A stretch of DNA of 64,000 bases, taken from assembly GCA_044229975.1 (NCBI GenBank), contig JBGARZ010000015.1, positions 157,525 to 221,524 of the forward strand. The letters run 5' to 3'. Each line of letters begins with the position of its first letter. Within the stretch, counting starts at the first letter, position 1. The notes under the pieces were generated by a model. It saw only the letters and a list, made by a program, of their open reading frames with translations. It did no database searches and had not been told where the DNA came from. The stretch is from Polyangiales bacterium. Lineage in GTDB: Bacteria; Myxococcota_A; Polyangia; Polyangiales; Ga0077539. The translations under genes and the position numbers were made by a program. This document shows, piece after piece, positions 1-9,752 of the stretch.

Positions 1-2
1 CG

Positions 3-566
3 TTTCTCGACTACGCGCGGCCGTACCGGGGCAATCCGTCGCTGCTCGACGTCGTCAACGTCATCGAGCGAACGCTGCAACTGGTGAGAAATGACCTGCC
101 CCCGGAGGTGGTGTTGTCGCATGAGTCCAACGAGGTGCTGCCCGCCGTGCGCATGGACCCGGAGCATCTCCGCCAGGTGCTGCTCAACCTCATCCGCAAC
201 GCGATGGAGGCGATGAAGTCCAAAGGGACCATCGAGATTCGCACGCGACCGCGCGGCGCCTTCGTGGAGGTGCTGGTGAAGGACAGCGGGCCGGGCGTCG
301 ACCCGACGGTGCGGGCCAACCTCTTCATCCCCTTTTCCACCACGAAGACCCAGGGGACGGGCCTCGGCCTCGCCATCTCCCAACGCCTCATCGAGTCGGC
401 GGGCGGTCGCATCGAGCTCCGCGCGTCGGACTCGCGCGGGACCACCTTCGTGATCGTGTTGCCGGTCGCGGGCCCGGCGTCGCCGAGCATTCCGCCGCCG
501 CCGCCAGCCACAAAGAGTTCGAGGCCGGTCACCGCTCTGGATGACCGACCTCGAAGCAATACTTAG
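3..566 (+). CDS. Sensor histidine kinase, C-terminal HATPase domain (5'-truncated by window edge)
   Basis: Frame is open from position 3 (FLDYARP...); N box QVLLNLIRNAMEAM, G1 DSGPG, F box PFSTTK, G2 GTGLGL. Confidence 0.92.
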   Translation, partial: FLDYARPYRGNPSLLDVVNVIERTLQLVRNDLPPEVVLSHESNEVLPAVRMDPEHLRQVLLNLIRNAMEAMKSKGTIEIRTRPRGAFVEVLVKDSGPGVDPTVRANLFIPFSTTKTQGTGLGLAISQRLIESAGGRIELRASDSRGTTFVIVLPVAGPASPSIPPPPPATKSSRPVTALDDRPRSNT

Positions 567-695
567 CAGCGGTCACCGTTGGCGTTTGGGGGGAGAACGC
601 CGGCGCCGCCGCTCGATCCCATACATCGCAGGGTCCGTGCCAGGGGCCACATCGCGGCAATCATCGACGTCTCGCGCGGGCGTCGTCTCTCGTCG

Positions 696-709
696 TTGCA
701 ACGTTGCAA
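696..709. promoter_or_regulatory. Perfect 14-bp palindrome TTGCAACGTTGCAA, candidate LacI-family-like operator
   Basis: AT-rich perfect palindrome with central CG in the intergenic region ~70 bp upstream of rsgA. Confidence 0.35.
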
Positions 710-782
710 ACCGGGCCTTTCGTTCGTGCCCCGTCGTTGCCTCGGCTGAGTCCATCGTGCGAGCGTCGCCGCTGCCCGCGAC

Positions 783-1799
783 ATGAACTCCTCTCCTCCC
801 ATCGATCCGCTCGTCGCCTACGGGTGGACGCCCGATCTCGCCACCGTCGACGACGGCCTCCAGCCCGCACGCGTGGCTGCCGCCCATGGCATCGCGGTGC
901 AGCTCTGGACCCGCGAGGGCGTTCGCAACGGCCCGCTCCCGCACGCTCTGTCCGAGCCGCCCGCCGTCGGCGACTGGGTGCTCGCGCGCCCCACCGACAC
1001 CGACTGGCCCGTGGTGCGATTGCTCCCTCGTCGAACGCAGTTCGTCCGTCACGCGTCGGGCCTGGAGACGCGCCCGCAGGTCATCGCCGCCAACGTCGAC
1101 CTCGTCCTCGTGGCGACGGGTCTCGACGGCGACTTCAGCCTCCGTCGCCTGGAGCGCTACCTCCTCGCGCTCGCCACCAGCGGGGCGACGGCGGCCATCG
1201 TGCTGACCAAGGCCGACCAGTGCCCCGACGCCGAGTCGTATCGGGTGAAGGCCGCGGCGCTCGCGACGACGGCGGTGGTGAGCGCGCACACGGGCGAGGG
1301 CATGGCCGCGCTGCGGGCGATGGTCGCGCCGGGCGTGACGGCGGCGCTGGTGGGGTCGTCGGGCGTCGGCAAGAGCACGCTGGTCAACGCGCTGATGGGC
1401 GACGAGCGGATGACCACCGGCGCGGTGCGCGCCTTCGACAAGAAGGGCCGCCACACGACGACGCACCGGGAGATGTTCGTGGTCCCCGGTGGCGGCGTGG
1501 TCATCGACACGCCCGGGATGCGCGGCCTCGAACCGTGGGCCGACGAAGGAACGCTCGCTGCCCTCGATGCGATGTTCGCGGAGGTGAGCGCGGCGGCCGA
1601 CGGGTGCCGGTTCACCGACTGCGACCACGAGTCGACGCCGGACTGCGCGGTGCGCGCGGGAGCGACGAGCGGAGCGCTCTCGCCCGAGCGGGTGCGCTCG
1701 TGGACGACGCTGCGCGCCGAGCTCGCGAAGCAGGAGCTGATGCGGGCCGAACGCGCGGAGATCGACGCGCGCAAGGCGAAGAAGGGGAGACGGGGATGA
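783..1799 (+). CDS. rsgA: Ribosome small subunit-dependent GTPase A
   Basis: Circularly permuted GTPase motifs TKAD, GSSGVGKST, GRHTTT, DTPG; C-terminal Zn motif CRFTDCDHESTPDC. Confidence 0.95.
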   Translation: MNSSPPIDPLVAYGWTPDLATVDDGLQPARVAAAHGIAVQLWTREGVRNGPLPHALSEPPAVGDWVLARPTDTDWPVVRLLPRRTQFVRHASGLETRPQVIAANVDLVLVATGLDGDFSLRRLERYLLALATSGATAAIVLTKADQCPDAESYRVKAAALATTAVVSAHTGEGMAALRAMVAPGVTAALVGSSGVGKSTLVNALMGDERMTTGAVRAFDKKGRHTTTHREMFVVPGGGVVIDTPGMRGLEPWADEGTLAALDAMFAEVSAAADGCRFTDCDHESTPDCAVRAGATSGALSPERVRSWTTLRAELAKQELMRAERAEIDARKAKKGRRG

Positions 1800-2632
1800 G
1801 ATCACACGCGTACCTGCTGCTGGCGCTGGTTGGTTGCTCGCGGGTCGTGGAGCCCGCGCGCCCCGTCGGGCCGTTGGCCCATCGCGCACCCGGGGAGGTG
1901 CTCCTCGATGAGACCGCGCACGGGGAGGCGCTCGTCGCGGAGGTGGCACCCGCGCCCGAAGGCTCCGACGGTGACCGGGTGCTGCGACCGACGTGGCTGG
2001 CGCGCGACGGGCGTCACCCGTGGCGCGGTGGCGACGTGCTGGAGGCGCGGGTGATTCCAGGGACGACGGCGGTGCTGACGATCACCACCGAGCACGTGCT
2101 GACCCGCCGCGCGACGCCCGATGGTGCGGCCGTGGAGCTCGACCGCGACGTGTACGGGCCGCTCTCGATGGACGCCCACGGGACGGCGCTCGCGTACACA
2201 CGGGGCGATCCGCCGGCGCTGTCGCTGGTGCGCTACGACCTGCGCGCGGGGCGGGCGGCGGTGATGGCGGAGGCGTTGGTTCCGGCGTGGAGCCCGGCGC
2301 TCTCGGCGGACGGGAGCGAGGTGGTGGTGGTGGCGAGCCCCGAGGGGACGCCGTCGCTCTATCGGGTGCGCGAGGGCGAGGCGCCGCGGCCGTGGGTCTT
2401 GCCGCCAGGGAGTCCGCTGCCGACGGGGCCGGGCGCGCCGGTGGTGTTCGGCGACGCGCTGGTCTTCGAGGACGAGGCGGGGCTCCACGCGCTGGGCCTG
2501 GATGGCGTCGCGCGGCGCTCGTTGCCGGGCGTCCACGGGCCGGTGTTGTCGCGGGACGGCGTGACGCTCTTCGCACAGCGAGGAGCAACGCTGCTGCGTC
2601 TCGGCGTACGTGACCTGGAGGTGGCGCGATGA
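1796..2632 (+). CDS. Putative lipoprotein with TolB/PD40-like beta-propeller repeats
   Basis: ATG overlaps the rsgA stop (ATGA); lipobox LVGC; WSPALSADG PD40-like motif. Confidence 0.6.
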   Translation: MRSHAYLLLALVGCSRVVEPARPVGPLAHRAPGEVLLDETAHGEALVAEVAPAPEGSDGDRVLRPTWLARDGRHPWRGGDVLEARVIPGTTAVLTITTEHVLTRRATPDGAAVELDRDVYGPLSMDAHGTALAYTRGDPPALSLVRYDLRAGRAAVMAEALVPAWSPALSADGSEVVVVASPEGTPSLYRVREGEAPRPWVLPPGSPLPTGPGAPVVFGDALVFEDEAGLHALGLDGVARRSLPGVHGPVLSRDGVTLFAQRGATLLRLGVRDLEVAR

Positions 2633-3840
2633 GGAGCGCGTGGGTGCTGGGCGCTTGCCTCGTCGCGCTGTCGGCGACGGCGTCAGCGCAGGTGAGGCAT
2701 CGGCGACCGCTCTCGTCGGCCCCGGCGGTGCGCTACGGCTACGACAACAACGGCAGCGCGAGCGGCTGCCGCGACTACAACTGCGGGGCGCGCTGTTACA
2801 ACGGACACACCGGGACGGACTTCCCGGTCGCGTTGGGGACGACGGTGCTGGCGAGCGCGGACGGCGTGGTGTCGGCGACCAACAACGGCTGCGCCAACTA
2901 CGGCGGGCTCGGCAACACCTGCGGCGGGCGCTGCGGCAACTACGTTCAGCTCGATCACTCGGACGGGACGCGCACCATCTTCTGCCACATGCAGCTCAAC
3001 TCGCTGATGGTGTCGCGAGGGCAGCGCGTGCGGTGCGGTCAGGCCATTGGTCGCTCGGCGAGCTCGGGCAACTCCACGGGGCCGCACCTGCACTTCGGTT
3101 GGCGCCGCAGCGGCGTCTCGACGGACTCGTACCGTGGGCGCTGCACCGGATCACCCGGCGCGTGGACCGACCAGGGTTCGTACGGCGGCAGCCCCGGTGC
3201 GACGTGCCAGTGCGTGGCGAGCGCGGAGACGTGCAACAACCGCGACGACGACTGCGACGGCCGCGTCGACGACGGGCTGAGCCGCAGTTGCTACACCGGC
3301 CCGGCGGGGACGGCGGGCCGCGGCATCTGCCGCAACGGGACGCAGACCTGCGGGGCTGGGCGGTGGGCGGCGTGCGCGGGGCAGGTGGTTCCGCGGGCGG
3401 AGACGTGCAACCGGATGGACGATGACTGCGATGGCCGCATCGACGACGGCGTGTGCCCGGTGGACGCCGGAACGCGCCCCGACGTGAGGCCCGCGGTGGA
3501 CGTGGTCAGCGACGTGGCGAGTGACGTCCGGCGGGATGTCGCCAATGACACGCCCATCGATGTTGGCAGTGATATCGGCAATGACGTCGGTAGCGACGAC
3601 GAAGACGTCGGCGCGGCGGACGACGACGCCGGGGTGAGCGACGACGACGTCATCGAGTTCGACGACGTGGGACCGGAAGACCCGGACGCGGACGTCTCGC
3701 CGGACATCCCCGTCGACCCGGAGGAGTCGGGCTGCGGCTGTGGTGTGGTCGGGCGCGACGCGGGCGGTGGACGATGGGCGTGGCTGAGCGGCGTGGTGTT
3801 GTGGGCGGTGTCGCGTCGGCGACGCAGGTCGGTGGCGTGA
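2629..3840 (+). CDS. Secreted M23-family peptidase with Cys-rich (E-x-C-N-x-x-DDDCDG) repeats and MYXO-CTERM-like tail
   Basis: Signal peptide; HTGTD and HLH Zn motifs; ETCNNRDDDCDG and ETCNRMDDDCDG repeats; acidic linker; GCGC + TM + RRRRR C-terminus. Confidence 0.85.
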   Translation: MRSAWVLGACLVALSATASAQVRHRRPLSSAPAVRYGYDNNGSASGCRDYNCGARCYNGHTGTDFPVALGTTVLASADGVVSATNNGCANYGGLGNTCGGRCGNYVQLDHSDGTRTIFCHMQLNSLMVSRGQRVRCGQAIGRSASSGNSTGPHLHFGWRRSGVSTDSYRGRCTGSPGAWTDQGSYGGSPGATCQCVASAETCNNRDDDCDGRVDDGLSRSCYTGPAGTAGRGICRNGTQTCGAGRWAACAGQVVPRAETCNRMDDDCDGRIDDGVCPVDAGTRPDVRPAVDVVSDVASDVRRDVANDTPIDVGSDIGNDVGSDDEDVGAADDDAGVSDDDVIEFDDVGPEDPDADVSPDIPVDPEESGCGCGVVGRDAGGGRWAWLSGVVLWAVSRRRRRSVA

Positions 3841-3863
3841 GCCGTGCAAACCATCGGTCCTCC

Positions 3864-5063
3864 ATGAAAAGACCAACCCTCCGTACCTTCGCTGCGCTCT
3901 CTTCCCTCCTCTCGCTGGCGCCCGCCGTGGCCAACGCGCAGACACCTCCGGCGCCGACGGAAGCAGCCCCGCCGCCGCCTCCCGCGCCGACGTTGCAGTG
4001 CCCGGCGTGCGAGCCCGATGCGGCCGATCAGCGGGCCATCGACGAGGCCGGCGAGCTCATCGCGGCGGGGCGTGCCGCGGAGGCACAGCGGGTGTTGCAG
4101 GCGCGACTCGCCGGACAGAGCCCGTGGGGGCGCTCGTACTCGTCGCTCGCGGTGCTCGATCGACTGGCCACGCGGCTCGCCACTCGCCCGCCCGCCGCGG
4201 CGCCTGCACCCGCCACCGACGAGGGGCAGCAGGCGCGTGGGAGCGTCGAGGCCGTCTCGCTCTACACCTCGGCCATCCTCCTCGGCATCGGAACCGGCGT
4301 CTGGGCCGACGTGATGTTCGAGATCGAAGACATCCGCGGCGCCGTGGTCATGCCGCTCCTCTTCGGCGGCGCGGCCGCGGGCGCGATGTACCTGGCCGAG
4401 CGCGGGGGAGGTCCCATCCGTCGCGGTCGCGGCACGGCCATGAGCAACGGCTTCCTGCTCGGCGTCACGGGCGGTACCCTCCTCGGCGTCTACGGCGGCA
4501 ACGAGCTGCGCTGGGAGGGCCGGGGCGTGGCGTCGAGCATCTGGGGCGGCGCGGTGCTGGGCGCGGGCCTCGGCTACGGACTCGGCGCGCTCGCGGAGGT
4601 GCGCCCGGCGTCGGCCTCCTTCGTGGGTTCGGGCGGTCTGTGGGGCGCGTTGTTCGGGCTCACCGTGGCGGGCGTGGTCAACGCTGACGGCGATGACGTC
4701 CCCATCGCGGGCCTGGTCGGCGAGGTCGTCGGCGCGGGCACCGCGGCCGCCCTCGCGGGCGTGCTCCGTCCGTCCGAAGCGCAGGTCCGTTGGATGGACC
4801 TCGGCATCTTCTCGGGCGGCCTCGTGGGCCTCGGCCTGTCGGTGTTGCTCTTCGCCGACTCCTCGGAGCGCTCCCTCACGGCCCCGGCGCTCGTGCTCGA
4901 AGCAGGGATGATCGGCGGCGGCATTCTCGGGTACGTCCTGGGTCGTCCGTCGACCCCGGAGGCGAGGCGCTCGGCGTCGCTCAGTCGCTTCGCCACGACG
5001 CCCTCCATCGCCCCGGTGCCGGGTGGCGCGCAGGTGATGCTGTCGCTCCCCAACCTGCTCTGA
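3864..5063 (+). CDS. Hypothetical Gly-rich multi-pass membrane protein with signal peptide
   Basis: Signal peptide ending ANA-Q, Pro-rich linker, helical domain, then many GxxxG hydrophobic helices. Confidence 0.7.
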   Translation: MKRPTLRTFAALSSLLSLAPAVANAQTPPAPTEAAPPPPPAPTLQCPACEPDAADQRAIDEAGELIAAGRAAEAQRVLQARLAGQSPWGRSYSSLAVLDRLATRLATRPPAAAPAPATDEGQQARGSVEAVSLYTSAILLGIGTGVWADVMFEIEDIRGAVVMPLLFGGAAAGAMYLAERGGGPIRRGRGTAMSNGFLLGVTGGTLLGVYGGNELRWEGRGVASSIWGGAVLGAGLGYGLGALAEVRPASASFVGSGGLWGALFGLTVAGVVNADGDDVPIAGLVGEVVGAGTAAALAGVLRPSEAQVRWMDLGIFSGGLVGLGLSVLLFADSSERSLTAPALVLEAGMIGGGILGYVLGRPSTPEARRSASLSRFATTPSIAPVPGGAQVMLSLPNLL

Positions 5064-5132
5064 TTCATCGAGGATTCTAGCGGAAATCGCCTCTACGCCC
5101 GCGCGCGATGATCTGGTAGCGTGCGCGCCGCC

Positions 5133-6257
5133 ATGAGCGTGACGCTGGCCTCCGCGGACGACCCGATGTTCGGCCTCCTGCGCGTCCTCACCGACGACGG
5201 CGACCTGTCCGGCGACCCCGGCGTCGACGACGCCACGCTGCTGCGGATGTACCGCGAGCTGCGTCGCCTCCGCACGCTCGACGAGAAGATGCTCATCGTG
5301 CAGCGGCAGGGGCGCATCGGGTTCTACGGCGAGGTGAAGGGGCAGGAGGCGACGCCGGTCGCGACGGGCTTCGCGCTGCGCGCCGACGACTGGGTCTTTC
5401 CAGGGCTGCGCGAGGGCGCGGTGATGCTGGTGCGCGGCTTTCCGCTCGCGACGTACATCGCGCAGTGCTGGGGCAACGGGCTCGATGTGCAGAAGGGCCG
5501 GCAGATGCCGTCGCACTTCTCCGGCCGCGCCGTGAACCAGGTGTCGTGGAGTAGCTGCATCGGGCCGCAGATTCCGCAGGCCGTGGGCGCCGCGTGGGCG
5601 ATGAAGCGCGAGGGCAAGGGCTCGGTGGCGGTGGCGTTTTTCGGGGACGGCGCGACGTCGCAGCCCGACTTCCACAACGCCGTGAACATGGCCGGTGTGT
5701 GGAAGGCCCCCGTGGTCTTCATCTGCCAGAACAACCACTGGGCGATCTCCATCCCGTCGAGCCAGCAGTCGGCCGCGCCGACCTTCGCGAGCAAGGCCAT
5801 CGCGTACGGGCTGCCGGGCGTTCGGGTGGACGGCAACGACGTGCTCGCGGTGCATCGCGCGGTGAGCGACGCCGCAGCGCGCGCGAGGCGAGGCGAGGGG
5901 CCGACGCTCATCGAGAGCGTGACGTACCGGATGGGCGCGCACTCATCGAGCGATGACCCTTCGCGGTACCGCGATCAGGCCGAGGTCGAAGCGTGGGCGA
6001 AGAAGGACCCCGTGGATCGCTTCAAGCGATTCCTGGTGGCGTACGGGCTGCACGACGACGCGCGCGAAGAGGCGCTGCAGGCGGAGATCGACGCGGAGAT
6101 TCGCGCGGCGATCACCGAGGCCGAGGCGGCGCCGGCGGTGGAGCGCGGGACGCTCTTCGAGGACGTCTACGCCGACCGGCCGTGGCACCTGAAGGAGCAG
6201 ACCGAGGCGATGGAGCGCAGCCCGGTGGCGCCCGCCCACGGAGCGAGCGGGCACTAG
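5133..6257 (+). CDS. pdhA: 2-oxoacid (pyruvate/branched-chain) dehydrogenase E1 alpha subunit
   Basis: RQGRIGFY, TPP-binding GDGATSQ...NN, YRMGAHSSSDDPSRYR; pdhA versus bkdA cannot be resolved by eye. Confidence 0.88.
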   Translation: MSVTLASADDPMFGLLRVLTDDGDLSGDPGVDDATLLRMYRELRRLRTLDEKMLIVQRQGRIGFYGEVKGQEATPVATGFALRADDWVFPGLREGAVMLVRGFPLATYIAQCWGNGLDVQKGRQMPSHFSGRAVNQVSWSSCIGPQIPQAVGAAWAMKREGKGSVAVAFFGDGATSQPDFHNAVNMAGVWKAPVVFICQNNHWAISIPSSQQSAAPTFASKAIAYGLPGVRVDGNDVLAVHRAVSDAAARARRGEGPTLIESVTYRMGAHSSSDDPSRYRDQAEVEAWAKKDPVDRFKRFLVAYGLHDDAREEALQAEIDAEIRAAITEAEAAPAVERGTLFEDVYADRPWHLKEQTEAMERSPVAPAHGASGH

Positions 6258-6318
6258 GAAGTATTGACGCGAGGCCCATAGACCTCGACCGATTGACGGA
6301 GTGAGACAGAGGACATCA

Positions 6319-7749
6319 ATGAGCACTGCAAAGACCTACGACGCGATCGTGATTGGCGGGGGACCGGGCGGGTACGTGGCGGCGATTCGCTGCGCGCAGC
6401 TCAAGCTGAAGACCCTGGTCATCGAGAAGGAGTCCTGGGGCGGGGTGTGCCTCAACTGGGGATGCATCCCGTCGAAGGCGCTCATCGCCGCGGCGAACTT
6501 CGTCGAGCGCTCCAAGCACGCCGACACCATGGGCATCACCGTGTCGGGCGTCGCCGTCGACGCGGGCAAGATGCAGGACTGGAAGAACGGCATCGTCAAG
6601 AAGCTCACCTCCGGCGTGCAGAGCCTCGTGCGCGGCAACGGCGGCGAGCTGCTGAAGGGCACGGCGCGCTTCGTCGACGCGAAGACCCTGGAGGTCGAGA
6701 CGGCCGACGGGGTTCAGACCGTGACGGCGACGAAGGGGATCATCATCGCGACGGGTTCGCGGCCGGTGGAGATCCCGACGTTCAAGTACGACGGCAAGCA
6801 GATCATCTCGGCGAAGGAGGGCGTGAGCCTCAACCCGCTGCCGAAGCGTCTGGTGATCATCGGCGGCGGCATCATCGGGATGGAGCTCGGCGGCGTGTAC
6901 TCGAAGCTCGGCGTCGACACGACGGTGCTGGAGTTCATGCCGAAGGTGCTGGCCACGATGGACGACGACCTCGTCAACGTGGTGACCAAGGCGATGGGCA
7001 AGTCGGGCTGCAAGTTCATCACGAACGCCAAGGCCCAGGGGTACGAGAAGAACGCCGATGGTTCGCTCAAGGTGAGCATCGACGTGGGCGGCGCGGCGCA
7101 GACCATCGACGCCGACGTGGTGATGGTGGCCGTGGGCATGCGCCCCAACCACGAGGGCAACGGCTTCGAGAAGATCGGGCTCACGCAGGACAAGCGCGGC
7201 CACGTGGTGATCGGCGACAAGTGCGAGACCAACGTGCCGGGCGTGTACGCGATTGGTGACATCACGGGCGGGCCGTACCTGGCGCACCGCGCGAGCCGGC
7301 AGGGCGAGGTGGCCGCGGAGGTCATCGCGGGGATGAAGAGCGCGTGCGACTGGCGGGCGATTCCGGCGGCGACGTTTACGCACCCGGAGATCGCGTCGGT
7401 GGGCCTGTTCGAGCACGAGGCGAAGGCCAAGGGTCTTGAGTACAAGGTCGGGAAGTTCCCGTTCTCGGCGAGCGGTCGCGCGATGGCGGTGATGGAGACC
7501 GACGGCTTCGTGAAGGTCATCGCGGAGAAGACCGGACCGCACCACAGCGACTACAAGGTCATCGGCGTGCACATCGTCGGGCCCGAGGCGGCCGACCTCA
7601 TCAGCGAGGGCGCGCTCGCCATGGAGATGGACGCGTTCGTGGAGGACATCGGGCTGACGATCCATCCCCACCCGACGCTGGGCGAGAGCGTGATGGAGGC
7701 CGCGAAGGCCGCCATCGGCGAAGCCGTCCACATGCTCAATCGGGGCTAA
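6319..7749 (+). CDS. lpdA: Dihydrolipoyl dehydrogenase (E3)
   Basis: GGGPGGY FAD motif, GGVCLNWGCIPSK redox disulfide, GGGIIG NAD motif, HPHPTLGE. Confidence 0.96.
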   Translation: MSTAKTYDAIVIGGGPGGYVAAIRCAQLKLKTLVIEKESWGGVCLNWGCIPSKALIAAANFVERSKHADTMGITVSGVAVDAGKMQDWKNGIVKKLTSGVQSLVRGNGGELLKGTARFVDAKTLEVETADGVQTVTATKGIIIATGSRPVEIPTFKYDGKQIISAKEGVSLNPLPKRLVIIGGGIIGMELGGVYSKLGVDTTVLEFMPKVLATMDDDLVNVVTKAMGKSGCKFITNAKAQGYEKNADGSLKVSIDVGGAAQTIDADVVMVAVGMRPNHEGNGFEKIGLTQDKRGHVVIGDKCETNVPGVYAIGDITGGPYLAHRASRQGEVAAEVIAGMKSACDWRAIPAATFTHPEIASVGLFEHEAKAKGLEYKVGKFPFSASGRAMAVMETDGFVKVIAEKTGPHHSDYKVIGVHIVGPEAADLISEGALAMEMDAFVEDIGLTIHPHPTLGESVMEAAKAAIGEAVHMLNRG

Positions 7750-7752
7750 GGC

Positions 7753-8847
7753 TCACACCTCCACCCGCTCCTCGAAGACCCACCGTAGATCCCCCGGCAC
7801 CCGCTCCTTCGTCCCCTCGGGGACGTCGGGGCGCACGTCCGATAGCGTCTGCCACAACAGGATCGTCTTCTTCGCGTACGCCGGGTCGCGCGCCACCGCC
7901 CGCAGGCCCACCAGCGCCTTCGCGGAGTAGGTCACCTCGCCCGTCTTCCCGGTGAGGCGCTCGTACCATTGCATCGCTTCAACGGACTCCCTTGTCGGGT
8001 ATCCGTAGCCCGGCCCCAGCGCACCGCCGTACAACCGATATCGCCCGCGGCGCTTCCCTAGTGAGTGCCCGAACTCCGGTGCGCGCGCGGCGATCCAGCG
8101 GAAGGTGCGCTCGCGCACGAAGCCGACGGTGAGCGCGTTGCACACCGCGGCCAGCGTGATGCGAACGCCCACGATCTCGGTGTCCCAGCCGAGCCACGCC
8201 GTGGCGAGGCAGAGGGCGGCGAGCGTTCCCGATGAGCCGGTGGGTAGAACGATGACGTCGGGCCGCGGCATCTCTCCGCGCTCGACCTGTGCGGCGAGCT
8301 CCAGCACCGCATCGACGTAGCCGAGGTTGGCCCGCGGGGTCGCCGCACCCGGGCCGATGACGTAGGCGCCCGGCTTTCGTTGGAGCGCGCGGTACCGCCA
8401 CGCGCTGCGGAGGTATCCGCCGCCATGGACGAGCGTGGCGCCGGCGTCGACGCTGGTGAGGATCGCCTCGCGGGTGAAGCGGGTGACGGGTTGGTCGAAG
8501 AGCACCGCGTGGACGGGGATGCCGAGCGCCTGACCGAAGCGCGCGGTGGCCATCACCTGGGTGGAGGCGAGGCCGCCAAGGGTGACGATGCACGTCGCGT
8601 CGCGGGCCTTCGCGTCGGCAAGAACGAACTCATACCGGCGAACCTTGTTGCCGCCATAGACGGGAGAGATGCGGTCATCGCGCTTCATCCAGACGTCGTC
8701 GCGGCCGAGGTAGTCGGCGAGGGCGGTGCAGCGTTCGACGGCGGTGGGCGCCTCGGCGAGCGCGACGAAGGGCAGCGACGTGGCGAGCGAGGGGAGGGCG
8801 TCAAAGAGCGGCGGGCGGAGTCGGGGCGAGGCAGGGACGGTCGCCAT
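7753..8847 (-). CDS. PLP-dependent D-cysteine desulfhydrase / ACC deaminase family protein
   Basis: KRDD...YGGNKVR PLP-lysine motif, PTGSSGT, Y-S-A-K near the C-terminus. Confidence 0.85.
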   Translation of the reverse strand: MATVPASPRLRPPLFDALPSLATSLPFVALAEAPTAVERCTALADYLGRDDVWMKRDDRISPVYGGNKVRRYEFVLADAKARDATCIVTLGGLASTQVMATARFGQALGIPVHAVLFDQPVTRFTREAILTSVDAGATLVHGGGYLRSAWRYRALQRKPGAYVIGPGAATPRANLGYVDAVLELAAQVERGEMPRPDVIVLPTGSSGTLAALCLATAWLGWDTEIVGVRITLAAVCNALTVGFVRERTFRWIAARAPEFGHSLGKRRGRYRLYGGALGPGYGYPTRESVEAMQWYERLTGKTGEVTYSAKALVGLRAVARDPAYAKKTILLWQTLSDVRPDVPEGTKERVPGDLRWVFEERVEV

Positions 8848-8909
8848 GCGACCGACGGTACTCTACGGGGGTGGGCAACCAAAGGCGCGGCGCGGTAGCT
8901 TCGCTGGGC

Positions 8910-9134
8910 ATGAGGAAGCCGTCTGTCGCCAACAGCCTGCGTGAGGAACTCGTCGCTCGTGACGTGGTGCGCTCGCCGGAGGAGTGCGTGGCGGACGCCT
9001 GGGCACTTGGCCAGGAGGCGATCGTGGCGTACGCGGCGGCGCACGGGGTGGGCAGACGCCGGGCGCGGGCGTTCATCGAGGCGATGCGCGCGGCGGGGCG
9101 CAAGCCGTCGAGGGCGGCAGGGTCGCGACGATGA
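8910..9134 (+). CDS. Small hypothetical protein, putative antitoxin/partner of the downstream nucleotidyltransferase
   Basis: 74-aa ORF whose stop overlaps the next start (ATGA). Confidence 0.55.
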   Translation: MRKPSVANSLREELVARDVVRSPEECVADAWALGQEAIVAYAAAHGVGRRRARAFIEAMRAAGRKPSRAAGSRR

Positions 9135-9703
9135 CGAGGAGCGCGCTCGCCACGGCAGTGACCACGGCGCGAGCGATCAGGGTCGATGTGGTGGTCATTG
9201 GTGCCACCGCTCTCGCGACTCATGGACTGGTTCGCTCGACCGCCGACCTCGACTTGTTGGCCAACGACGAGATGATCATCACGGGCCGCGCATGGGAGGA
9301 GGCCCGCAAGGGGCCCATCGGCATCGACGTCCGCGCGGGCGACGCGATGGACCCGCTCCGCGGGGTTGTGCGCATCGGTCCGTCCGCACGCATGCCAGTC
9401 GACATCGTCGTGATCACGGCACCATGGGCACGCCGCATCGTCGCGAGGGCAGTCAGCGTCGACGGGTTGAGACGCGTGTTTGGAGGGATCGAACTGCCGG
9501 TGGCGCGCCTGTCCGACATCGCGTTGCTCAAGCTCTACGCGGCTGCGACCGACGACGTCGAGGACGCCGAACTCTTCCTCCGACACCCGTCGGCGAGCAC
9601 GGTCATCGCAGAAGTCTCCGAGGAGATCGAACGTCTGCCGCGCGACTGTCGCGAGCGCTGGGCGCGCCTGGAGCCTCGCTGGAGGGCGCGCCTGGCGGGT
9701 TAG
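9131..9703 (+). CDS. Nucleotidyltransferase (AbiEii/DUF6036-like)
   Basis: VIGATALATHGLVRSTADLDLL matches the G-G/A-x-A...R-x-T-x-D-x-D pattern; C-terminal LLK...DVEDA. Confidence 0.75.
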   Translation: MTRSALATAVTTARAIRVDVVVIGATALATHGLVRSTADLDLLANDEMIITGRAWEEARKGPIGIDVRAGDAMDPLRGVVRIGPSARMPVDIVVITAPWARRIVARAVSVDGLRRVFGGIELPVARLSDIALLKLYAAATDDVEDAELFLRHPSASTVIAEVSEEIERLPRDCRERWARLEPRWRARLAG

Positions 9704-9752
9704 CAGTGGTGGTGTCGTTGACGCTCGCGCGGGGGCGGTGTTTCTTCCGACG

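Noticed and set aside
3291..5942. 883-aa minus-strand ORF and similar long Arg/Ala-rich ORFs (21135-23798, 26153-28885, 31187-33385, 51468-53618, 59316-61487)
   Set aside because: Shadow frames of well-supported genes, caused by high GC; no motifs.
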